From NCBI RefSeq assembly GCF_964355755.1, contig NC_092677.1, positions 16,948,101-17,012,100 of the forward strand: a stretch of DNA of 64,000 nt, in the 5' to 3' direction. The notes beneath the pieces are model-generated. The model had not been told where the DNA came from. It did not search any database and was given only the letters and a program-made list of their open reading frames with translations. Within the stretch, counting starts at the first letter, position 1, and each line of letters opens with the position of its first letter. Origin of the DNA: Antedon mediterranea (lineage: Eukaryota; Animalia; Echinodermata). Below, piece by piece: positions 51,681 through 62,273 of the stretch. The position numbers were made by a program, and so were the translations under genes.

Positions 51681-53093
51681 ATGGAATCGTTGAAATTTAA
51701 GCCGCCTCCACCCTTCGATTTTGATGGTCCTAGTGTGTCTGCTGCTTGGAAAAGGTGGAAACAGAGATTTACATTCTTTCTGAAAGCGACTGGCAGTGCA
51801 CGTAAAAGTGGTGAAATAAAGGTAGCAATTCTAATTACTACACTGGAAGGGCGTGGCTTAGATATTTACAACAACTTTACGTTCACTGATCTTGTAGGCG
51901 AACCGGGTCAGGAAGATTATGTCCCAGCAGAGGACAATAATGATTTTGATACAGTAATGTCAAAGTATGATGAATACTGTAATAAACGGGACCCGATAAT
52001 GGCGTTACGAGCGCAATATTGGCAATATGAACGACCCGAAGGTCAGGGTTTGGATGAGTTTGTGAATGACTTAAGAACAATGGCGGTGAATTGTAAATTT
52101 GTGGATCAAGACGGTACGATTCGTGATAAGCTTTTCTTCAGTGTAACAAATCCAGTGATGAAAATGAAAGTTATGGGCGATGATGGCAACGCTACACTTG
52201 ATACTGTGATACACCGAATGAGAAATTTTGAGAGTTCTAGACGCGAGCTTGAAATGGCCGGTGTTGCAAGTGATTATAAGCCGAAGGTTCATGCATTGAG
52301 AAGAACCAAATCACATAAACAGACGCCAAGGGTTAGTGGTCAACAGAACCATCAGTTTACGGATGCAGCCAAAATTAAATGTAGCAGGTGCGGTTCTTCA
52401 CATCTACCTCGTCAGTGTCCAGCTTATGGTAAAACATGCTACGGGTGTAAAGGTTTGAATCATTTTCAGTCTGTGTGCACCAAACGTTTTTCCCGAGGAC
52501 GCGGTCGTGGACGTGGAAGAGCTGTACATACAATGGATGAACAGTATATTATTGCCGAAGGTGTAAGTGATCCTAATGACTTATACATTGACACTTTAAC
52601 TGTTAAAGATAAAAATGAGTACTTTTATATTGACACTCTAAGAGATAACGATGACAAGAACGCTTGGTTCTATGGTGTGTTTGTGGGAGGTAATGTGTTA
52701 AAGATGAAGCTTGACACAGGAGCAGGTGTTAACTGCATACCACTGGAAACATTTAGAAAGTTACCAGGACATAAGAACATTAAAGTATATCATTCTAAAA
52801 CTAACCTATATAGTTATAGTGATGAAATTGTAAAACATATTGGTAAAGTTACTCTAAATGTAAAAGTTGATAACATCCAAAATGATTATGACTTCTTTAT
52901 TACTAATGTTGATGGTCCACCTATACTTGGATTGAAAGCCTGTAGGGAGCTTGGTCTGATCAAACGTGGTAACAATATGATGTGTAGTGATAATGTGATA
53001 AATAATAAATATGTACATGCACTAACTAAAGATTCTTTGATTGAAAAGTGGTGTTTCTCCAGTAGTCCATCCACCCCGCAGGGTGCCACTTAG
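51681..53093 (+). CDS. gag: Gag-protease of the Gypsy element
   Basis: WKRWKQRF N-terminus, double zinc knuckle CSRCGSSH..C..CYGCKGLNHFQSVC, RG repeat, protease LDTGA. Confidence 0.93.
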   Translation: MESLKFKPPPPFDFDGPSVSAAWKRWKQRFTFFLKATGSARKSGEIKVAILITTLEGRGLDIYNNFTFTDLVGEPGQEDYVPAEDNNDFDTVMSKYDEYCNKRDPIMALRAQYWQYERPEGQGLDEFVNDLRTMAVNCKFVDQDGTIRDKLFFSVTNPVMKMKVMGDDGNATLDTVIHRMRNFESSRRELEMAGVASDYKPKVHALRRTKSHKQTPRVSGQQNHQFTDAAKIKCSRCGSSHLPRQCPAYGKTCYGCKGLNHFQSVCTKRFSRGRGRGRGRAVHTMDEQYIIAEGVSDPNDLYIDTLTVKDKNEYFYIDTLRDNDDKNAWFYGVFVGGNVLKMKLDTGAGVNCIPLETFRKLPGHKNIKVYHSKTNLYSYSDEIVKHIGKVTLNVKVDNIQNDYDFFITNVDGPPILGLKACRELGLIKRGNNMMCSDNVINNKYVHALTKDSLIEKWCFSSSPSTPQGAT

Positions 53094-55614
53094 TCTGCAT
53101 ACCAAGCTGAAAGAAAAACTTGACGATATGGAGAAGAGGGGCGTGATTAAACGGACCGACAAACCAACAGATTGGGTCAACAGCCTAGTGATAGTGGAGA
53201 AACGAGACGGATCCTTGAGGTTGTGTTTGGATCCACGTGATTTGAACAAAGCCATTAGACGTGAACATCATATGATACCGACCGGTAAGGACGTAGTGAG
53301 TCAGCTGTCAGGTAAAACACTTTTCACTGTCTTTGACCAGAAAGATGCGTACTGGCAAGTTCCTCTTACTGACGCTAGCGCAGATATATGTACATTCAAT
53401 ACTCCCTTTGGACGATACAGTTTTCTAAGAATGCCATTTGGTATCTGCAGTGCTAGTGAGGTGCTACAGAAACGAAACCAGCAAATATTTGGTCATATAC
53501 CTAACGTACACATAATATCTGATGATATGATTATAGCTACAGGTAGTGAAGCAGAGCATAATGCAACAGTACAGAGGGTGATGGATACGGCCAGAGCGAA
53601 CAATGCCAAATTCAATGGAAGCAAGCTTAAGTATAAACAGTCTGAATTGGTGTTCATGGGAAACGTGGTGAGTGCCGATGGACAGAAACCAGACGAAGAA
53701 AAGGTTAGAGTTATCAAAGAAATGCCTGACCCACAATGTAAATCTGACTTGCAACGTATAATGGGGATGCTTAATTATCTTTCACAATTCATACCTAATA
53801 TGTCCAATGTGAGTGCACCTCTCCGGGAATTGCTCAAGAAAGATGTTGCATGGTTTTGGGGTCCAGAACAAGCAGAATCCCTGAGGCAGTTAAAGGCGTT
53901 GATTAGTAGCAAACCAGTCTTAAGTTTCTTTGATCCACAGAAGCCAACCATTATCCAATGTGATGCATCATCCACAGGGCTCGGAAGCTGTTTGCTTCAA
54001 GAGGGTCATCCGGTTGCGTTTGCCTCTAGGTCGTTAACATCAGCTGAAGTTAATTACTCACAAATTGAGAAGGAGATGTTGGCGATCTGCTTTTCTATAC
54101 ACAAATACCACCAATATGTATATGGCCGAGCTGTTGAAGTTCACACTGACCATAAACCACTCGAAACAATCACACGTAAACCACTCCATAAAGCTAGTCC
54201 TAGAATACAACAAATGCTGCTCAAATTGATAAAGTATGAGCTTGATGTTAAGTATGTTCCTGGAAAGTACATGTACATAGCTGATGCTCTCAGCAGAGCA
54301 TATCCTGATAAGGTTGATCGTGATGCCCAACCCCTTGAACAGTTGAAATATAGGGTGCATAGTCTAGACGAAATATTGCCCATGAGTAAAGCAAAAATTG
54401 AAGAAGCAATACGAGCTACACATGCAGATGTGGTACTCCAAACTCTAATTCTAACATGCAAAAGCGGGTGGCCTAAACATAGATGGGGTGCACCGGAGCA
54501 AGTTAGGCAGTATTGGCATCTTCGTGATGAGATACATGAAATTGATGGTCTTGTGTTTTTAGGTGAGAAGTTGATTGTTCCTAGCCAAATGAGAGCAGAT
54601 ATGCTGAATAAAATTCATGAAAGTCACCTTGGGATGGAGAAGTGTAAGGCGAGGGCCAGGTCTATTTTGTATTGGCCAGGTATGACCAACGATATAGAGT
54701 CAGTAGTGTCAAGGTGCCCTGTTTGTGTAAAGTTCATGCGTAGAAATCAACGGGAGCCGATGATTCCACATAAGGTTCCTATGAGACCATGGGCTAAGCT
54801 GGGCGCGGATATATTTACATTCGCTGGCAGAGATCATCTTATTGTAGTTGACTATTTTTCCAAATACCCGGAAGTAGTGACACTCACTAGCAAAACGGCT
54901 GGAGAAATCATCAAAAAATTGAAATCTATATTCTCAAGACATGGCATCCCTGAAATATTAATGACTGATAACATGCCGTTCGCCAGCTACGAGTTAAAAC
55001 GGTTTGCTAACCAGTGGGGGTTTGATTTAGTGACGTCCAGTCCGACATATGCCAGAAGTAATGGGCAAGTTGAACGTTTCGTCCAAACCATTAAGCAACT
55101 CATGAGGAAGTCCGTTGATGAGGGAAGCGATTTTCATCTTGCTCTACTAGGCTATCGTGATTCACCAATTGCAGGGTTGAATTGTTCTCCTGCTCAGTTG
55201 TTGATGAGCAGAAAGTTAAGGTCAACACTTCCAGTCACACATACATTGCTGCAACCACAAGTTATTGACGGAGTTAGAGATTTCCTGCAGTCACGTCAAC
55301 AATCTATGACAAAATATTATGATCGTGGTACACGTGTATTGACGAAACTAAGAAAAGGGGACAACGTGAGAATATTGAAAGGACGGCAATGGGAACCTGC
55401 TGTTGTGGCTAAGGAACATGAGCTACCCCGTTCATATGTAGTGATGACCGAAGATGGAACGTCGTACAGACGGAATCGACAACATTTATTAAACACTCAA
55501 CAACCGGATACTTTGCAGAAGGGCGTACCAACTTTGCAGAAGGTACCGGAAGCACCACCCTTACGTAGAAGTGATCGTGTTAGTCGTCCACCGGATCGAT
55601 TGGATTATAAATAA
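53041..55614 (+). CDS. pol: Pol (RT-RNase H-integrase) of the Gypsy element
   Basis: LRLCLDPRDLN, RMPFGI, ISDD, CDASSTGLG, YSQIEKEMLA, TDHKPL, ADALSR, HESH...CPVC, TDN, SNGQVER. Confidence 0.95.
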   Translation: MKSGVSPVVHPPRRVPLSLHTKLKEKLDDMEKRGVIKRTDKPTDWVNSLVIVEKRDGSLRLCLDPRDLNKAIRREHHMIPTGKDVVSQLSGKTLFTVFDQKDAYWQVPLTDASADICTFNTPFGRYSFLRMPFGICSASEVLQKRNQQIFGHIPNVHIISDDMIIATGSEAEHNATVQRVMDTARANNAKFNGSKLKYKQSELVFMGNVVSADGQKPDEEKVRVIKEMPDPQCKSDLQRIMGMLNYLSQFIPNMSNVSAPLRELLKKDVAWFWGPEQAESLRQLKALISSKPVLSFFDPQKPTIIQCDASSTGLGSCLLQEGHPVAFASRSLTSAEVNYSQIEKEMLAICFSIHKYHQYVYGRAVEVHTDHKPLETITRKPLHKASPRIQQMLLKLIKYELDVKYVPGKYMYIADALSRAYPDKVDRDAQPLEQLKYRVHSLDEILPMSKAKIEEAIRATHADVVLQTLILTCKSGWPKHRWGAPEQVRQYWHLRDEIHEIDGLVFLGEKLIVPSQMRADMLNKIHESHLGMEKCKARARSILYWPGMTNDIESVVSRCPVCVKFMRRNQREPMIPHKVPMRPWAKLGADIFTFAGRDHLIVVDYFSKYPEVVTLTSKTAGEIIKKLKSIFSRHGIPEILMTDNMPFASYELKRFANQWGFDLVTSSPTYARSNGQVERFVQTIKQLMRKSVDEGSDFHLALLGYRDSPIAGLNCSPAQLLMSRKLRSTLPVTHTLLQPQVIDGVRDFLQSRQQSMTKYYDRGTRVLTKLRKGDNVRILKGRQWEPAVVAKEHELPRSYVVMTEDGTSYRRNRQHLLNTQQPDTLQKGVPTLQKVPEAPPLRRSDRVSRPPDRLDYK

Positions 55615-56022
55615 ATGTATCAATAATTAACTTCATTTTATGTTTATTTTGCAGATATCATGTTTATTTTCAAACCATCCTATAATGTATGAAACATATG
55701 AATGTGGTCTAAGAAACAATTTGAAACATATGAATGTGATCTAAGAAACAATTTATGTTTAAGGAAAAGTAATATTATTTATTTATGAGAATGTGATATA
55801 TCGTGTCTAATTTACTTTTGATATTAATTTAAAAAAAGAAAATAAAAATTAAACTTTAGAAATTTATTTTGTTAGAAAAGGAAAGATGTCACATATGTTC
55901 TGTTAATATGCTAATTATATTTGTTTGTTATTTGCAAATTATGCAAACTACGTTACGCTCGGTGAAGTAATACAAGAGTAGTTGAATTAAAAGAACCGTG
56001 TTGACGAGTCACACTTGTAATA

Positions 56023-57400
56023 GAAGGAAATCATTGTAAGGTTGAACATTGCCATTGAATGGAGTATTCGAAAAAGAATTTGCAATATTTGAGAAAAATG
56101 AATTAAAAGCTTCGGCTTTTTCTTTGTCATTTGTATATTCACATTGACCATTTATTAGTTTAGCTGGGAATGAATTTTTCCTTTTTCTACCCATTACATT
56201 ATTAATTTCGCGCCATGTACTTTTCATATCACCTTCACATTTACCAAATACATTGTTATAGTGCTCTTGTTTACTATATCTAATAATACTATTTAGTTTG
56301 TTTCTATAACAACAATATTTTTTCCAATGTGAAGGTGATGACGAAGCTTTATATCTAGCATACAGCTTTTGCCTGGTTTTGATTGACTTGGCTATACCTT
56401 CAGTTATCCAAGGTGATTTGAGCTTGTTTGCTCGAGTACGAATATTTTGCAGTGGAAAATGTCTGTTTATACAATCGTTAAGTATGTTATTAAAACTAGA
56501 AAAAGCTATGTTTACATCACTTTGTTCAAGTACTTCATTCCAGCTTATGTTATTTACATTTTCAATGAATTCTTGTTTAGATCTATCATTGTAAATACGT
56601 TTCTTAATGAATTTAGGTGGTTTTTTTTTAATATGGAAGGATGAGTTAATACAAAATGTGGGAAAATGATCAGATAAATCGACAGTAAATATTCCGGATG
56701 TGAAAGAGGGATACAAGGATTCAATATTACAGTAGATATTATCAATAATAGTAGAGCTATGCAAGGTAATTCGGGTTGGATTAGTAATAACAGGCTGAAA
56801 TGAATGACTGAAAATATTATCAATGTGATCCTGGACATATTGATCAGTACTAAGAAGGTTGATGTTAAAATCACCAGCTAAGTATGCCATTTTTTTATCT
56901 TCATTAATAATTTTCATGACTGATGATAGGTCCATATTTAAGGTGTTAGCGTTGGTGTCAGGTGGACGGTATATAATTCCAGCAATAATATTTTTACCAG
57001 AGTTATTCTCAATTTCAATAAAAATTGATTCAGCTGACGTAATTAGGCTTGAGAGATCATATCTCCTTTTAAAGGCAACATGAGTTGAAACGTATAGTGC
57101 AACGCCACCACCTTTTTTATGTTCCCTGTTATTTAAAATAAGGTTATAATTTGGAATGCTTAGAAGATTGTTGTCGGTAGAATCCTTAATCCAAGTTTCA
57201 GTAAGGGCAAGTAGAGTAAAACTATGATTTAAGGACTGAATAAAGTTACAAAATTTATCAAACTTATTATTTAAACTTCTACAATTTAGATTTAATATTG
57301 AAAAGTTAGATGACGTTTCAGAACTATATATAGTATTAAACAAATCTATATCATAATAACTTGAGCAATGATTGCAATCACCATTGACATTATTTTGCAT
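56023..57400 (-). pseudogene. LINE ORF2 5' part: APE endonuclease and linker
   Basis: LNLNCRSL, LTETW, GGGVALYV, IYRPP, GDFNI, IIDNI, SDHFP; open frame up to the Gypsy insertion. Confidence 0.93.
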
Positions 57401-57594
57401 TGGAGTAAGTTAAAGACAAAAATAAAATTGAAAAAGAACAAAAAACAAATACCGTACAACTATAAGTATCAAAGCAAATCGACTTATACTAAGTAATACG
57501 CACACGTATATTTGCCTAATTGGTAACTATGTGTGACAGCCGTCGCTCCATCAATAACAGCTAATGAACAGTACCGGTAAAGCCTTGCATCAAA

Positions 57595-57895
57595 CTACTT
57601 GTATAATTTTCCGTTTATGAACAGACTACCTTTGCGAAAGACCGGTTTATTTCCTTCCTTCCATGCCTTATGCATTACGTCACGGAGAGCTCTCTTCTTG
57701 GCTATATCAACAGCTGGTAAATCTTCCAGAACAAACACATTCCCACCTTCCTTTGTTGTTGATTTTGCCTTTTTAAAAACAAGATGGCGCTCAGGTCGGT
57801 AAACAAACTTAGCGATGATGTGTCTGGGCTTATCATTCACAGACTTAGGGTGTTTCCCTGTGCGATGTGCTAGTTCGATATTAATATCAGGTAGG
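57595..57895 (-). pseudogene. LINE ORF1 C-terminal remnant (L1/Transposase_22-like RRM-CTD)
   Basis: PDINIELAHRTG...PRHIIAKF...VFVLEDL...LFINGKLY; no start codon because of the 5' truncation. Confidence 0.8.
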
Positions 57896-57923
57896 TATAT
57901 TGGATCAATCGAAACTCAGTCAA

Positions 57924-60900
57924 CTATTCAGTATTCAAAACTTCATCCGAAGTACTTTGGATAGTTCTATAAGACTTCATTTCTTGTTTGGAAAAATGTT
58001 CGTTGAGAGGAAACTGTTCTTCTGCTTTCGCAAAAATCAAAAATATCGTCAGTCCAAATAACATGACCCCACTAACTATCTTAAACATCAAAGACCATTG
58101 TTCAAATGTGTTCTGAAAATAAAAAGAAAACATAAACAAATAAATAAGTGTTAATGTATGAATCAGCATAGGGAATTCAGAACATGGTTATAATAGTGTG
58201 ACACAGAGTGGAAAGAAGCCGTCTAAACTAAACTAGAATAACACGAAATGTAATCTGAAGTGGAACAATCATCATCATTAAATTGTTCGTCTTTAAATAT
58301 TGGTCAGAAAGAATCGATGAAACACAGACAAGGAATGGGAAAAAAAGCTTTAACATACAAGTAAAAAATATTAATTTGTTGATAAAGAAATTGTCTGAAA
58401 AAAATGACACACAGTGTTGCCAGAATCCCATGCTAGTATGTCTTACAGAAGATTAATCTCATATACTGACAAAACACTGTCTTATGCCATTGCTATCTTT
58501 TATACGCATTTCCTGAATGTATTCAATCAAACTAATCATGGAATGGGAAAATATTAGCAAACTTACTGTGTATTTTGTTAATTCACCGATAATTGTTGGA
58601 CCAACAACTGCAGAACAACTTGCTAAAGTTGTCATAACTCCTACGAGCACCCCGGAATAATGCTTCGTTATATCCAATACGTTTGGAGTGATACACGCAT
58701 TAGTACATCCGAATATACCAAATGCCAGCATCAGCAAGATCAGACATGATACAGCACTCTGTTTGAAAAATTCCATACAACTAAGTAAAAAAGAAGGTAG
58801 CCCAATACCTAAAAAAAGATTATAATAATATCATTATAATAATAATATATTATTAACCGATTATCATTAGGCTTAGTTACTTTTGTATTTCGATATTCCA
58901 AAGCACCTTCTTATCATTGTTTTTTTCTCTTTGAGTGAGAATATCGTCAATAACAGAATGAATTAACTATAAATGATCATGTCATTTGAGGCTAGAGAGT
59001 GGAAGAGTCGGTAGGATAGAACCCTAGACCTGGGGATGGAAGACAAACACGTTCATCACCAAGCTACAGCCCCATTACTATCATTGTATTTATAAGAGTT
59101 TTTGATTTTGATGCAGTACTGTTAATTTTTTATAAAGCTTATAAAATCTTACCCAAAACTGCAAACAGCTTCCTTGTTTGCAAAATAGACAAGTACTCAC
59201 GACGAATAAAGAAGTCTGCACATGCACCAGAAAGTAGAACGAAGCAGCAACTCACAATACCCAGACTTGACGTAATCCACCCAGTCTGATCAGTAAGAAA
59301 TCCCCACTTAGTTATACTATATATAGATTTAAAGTTCGAACACCCTATCTCAATATAGAAGCAAAAGCAACAACTATTATTCAGACTGCGACTTATTTTA
59401 TGCCATTTTTATGTAAGCAATTGTTTGACTTACCGCTTCTAAATCAAATCCTAAGATTTCTGTGACAAACGTCGGTGCTTCAGTAATAATGAAAAAGAAA
59501 CCAAAATTGTCGACAGCGTCAACAATAACTACTGCCCACACTGCCGACGATTGAGCAATACTCAACAATGGAACCGATATTTTCTTAAAAGAAAAACACG
59601 CATGATTCAATTATTTTAGTTCGATTGACTACAAAATGTAGATCTCATCTGTCTGAAGTGGAGGCCTAACAATATATAAAAGATGATGATATTTTAGTAG
59701 TAGGCAGTAACAGTAGAACTGGCAGCAGCACGGTAGAAGAAGCAGTGGCAGCGGTCACAGCAGTGGTAGAAGCAGTGACAGCAGCAACAACTAATCCCGA
59801 CAGAAGTAATGACAGCAGCAGAGTAAAAGCAGCAGTAGCAATGCCAGTGAAAAGTGTATGATTTATATCATACCTTATTTTTCTTTTCAACTTCAGTGTC
59901 AAATCTCTTCAAGTATTCGACCTCGTCACTCGATATAAATGGATCTTCATCAGGAGTTTCGTAAATCAAGAAAACCCATATTATTGCAGTGACAATTGTA
60001 AGAGTACCTAATATATATAAATAATCAGATTATAATTTGTTAATCAGAATATTATCAGTCTTTATTACTATTCTGTGGCTATTTGGAATCTTGTGTTCAA
60101 CCACAAGTCTCTCTCCACCTGAAGACCATTTTTAGAGGTCGTTAGTCTCTAATTAGAATCGCTCCAAATAAATATCCAAATCGCTCTAAATATAAATTTT
60201 ATTTATTCATTCATTCCTCTATATTACCTTATTTAGAGGGAATTTAAATGTCAGAATGGTATTAGCAGTCTTTAATTGGAGGGAGACCTGTACAAGAATT
60301 TGAATCTTTGAATATCATCTTGTCATCATCCTTTAAAAAAGATGATCAGTGACAAGATCCAGGATCTCGTCATATCTACATCACATGACGTGTTACTTTA
60401 TACATAAGGATGGTCACTATAAACTTCCGCACAACACAATAATAAACAATATCCAAGTTACTGTATATATAAAATGATAACGGCCATCCACCAAATTTGT
60501 AAGAACAAATCCAAGCAGAAATAGGATTACAGATGACTTGAGAAAATGTGAAACCTGTAAAAAAAATATTTAAACGTGAATTGGTACGTGTCCATTGAAA
60601 GACCAAATACCGCATGCAGTAAGTATTAGAGGCATCATATAATATTGGTTTTAGGAACACTAGTTGTAGTAACTGATTTGATATCTAAACCAAAGATTTC
60701 TAGATATCTTAGGTTATTAGTTTTCTAGATCCTATTTGATTTAACAATCGTTCGGAAACATCATACTATAATCATAAAAGTTCATAGAAAAGAAAAAAAA
60801 ATCATATCTGTAAAGAAAGAAATGCAATACTGTGGAATGGAAGAACGGAACTTAAATACATTGATTAAGGCTGTCTTGCTCATAATACAATACACAACTG

Positions 60901-61908
60901 TATAATAATAATAATCATTTACCGAAAAAAGCTATGGTTACGAGTATACTTCGTTCATGTGGAACAGTCCATTTTCCTAGGATAACCACTAGTGCCGATT
61001 TGTTTAATCCCTGATAAGAAAAATAGACATCCAATCATTTTTTTTTTTTTTCTTTAAATGAATTTATTGCGTAAACCCAGAAAAAATATATATCCATACT
61101 GTCAATTAATAAACTACAACTATGAAATAATCTAAAGAGTAATACTGTTATTATTACCGTATTATAAGAATTCCATCTTTCATGAGATTCATGACAATGT
61201 AATATGGAAAGAAACTAGGCTGGAAACTCTAACAATATTCATACTGACCTGTACCATACCGTCTAATACACGTAGAACTATAAGAAGATCACTGCTAACA
61301 CCCGCTGACCAAGGTATTAGTGCTGTAAGAATACTTGACAAAATAAGTATACAGAATATGATTGGTTTCCCGCCAACTCTGCAAGCCAACCAACCTCCTG
61401 GGAATGCTGTTACAGTGTAGCCATAATAAAAACTACTAAGTATCATTTGACGTGTTTCTTCATCCCAAGCGTACGTTGGTATCTAGTGAAAAATAAAGCA
61501 AGTCTTATATTTCAAGAACTAAACTATCTAATAGTTGGGCCCATGTTGGGTAAGATAAAGATCTGCTTTTGTGACCTCACCAATATATGTTTTATCCGGG
61601 AAATCAAAAGGTATTGTCTGTTGGTATGCATTGTAGCTATTTAAAAAAAAAAAGAAAAGTGAAGTTCTTACTTCCGTTCGTGTTTTCTTGTTTTTTGACA
61701 AATTACATTGAAAGATAGCTTAGCTTACCTCTGTGTCAAATTCTTTAGACCGTGATGTCTCTGTTGTCACCGTTCCATTTATATTGTCACACTCGGTCGA
61801 GTTTTTTGTTTTAATCATTTCAACTATGGCAATGTTAAGATTCAGTCTCATACAATAAAAACAAAACGTTACCATGGAACACATTACAGCTACTAGATAA
61901 CGCTTCAT
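57924..61908 (-). CDS. SLC17/sialin-like MFS transporter, paralog B
   Basis: Exons 61729-61908, 61249-61482, 60923-61010, 60462-60554, 59874-60007, 59434-59583, 59153-59285, 58567-58808, 57924-58112; same intron positions and phases as paralog A. Confidence 0.88.
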
Positions 61909-62273
61909 ATTGACAATTTCTGTAGTTTGTGAAATCGATCTTTGTAAGTTTACACTTTGAGGTCCAATATCTAATACTAGTGTTATAGAAAATGGAATCA
62001 TTTTTATACGCCTGCTAGTCAGTTTGTTAAACACTGCGTGCGTGAATACATTTCTATTATGCTATTGGATTACAATACAACGTTACTTATTTAAATCCGA
62101 AAAGTATTATTGGGAAGGCCGTAATTATTAAGCCTATTGTCAACTTATACAAAAGAAAACTTTGACTATCTATTGATAACTTGAAAGAGAGAAAATAACA
62201 ATACAGAAAGCCTATGATAAGATTAATATAATAATAAGTTTATTAAATATCTGACGAACACCAACTCAATCCA

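Larger units (their letters stand above)
51515..56022 (+). mobile_element. Ty3/Gypsy LTR retrotransposon, Mag-like lineage, recent insertion
   Basis: 136-bp LTRs 51515-51650 and 55887-56022 (1 mismatch); 5-bp TSD GAAGG (51510-51514 / 56023-56027); PBS TGGTGTCAGAA (51651-51661, tRNA-Leu-type); PPT AGAAAAGGAAAGA (55874-55886). Confidence 0.97.
49683..57895 (-). mobile_element. 5'-truncated CR1/L2-group (Crack-like) LINE, ~3.7 kb, split by an LTR retrotransposon
   Basis: ORF1 remnant, APE-RT ORF2, 3' stem-loop CCCCACA...TGTGGGG (~49785-49817), (TTGA)n tail at 49683-49702, candidate TSD TATAT (49678-49682 / 57896-57900). Confidence 0.9.

Noticed and set aside
57841-57926. Stop-codon read-through fusion of SLC17-B to LINE ORF1
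   Set aside because: The frames differ; read-through hits another stop within about 20 codons.
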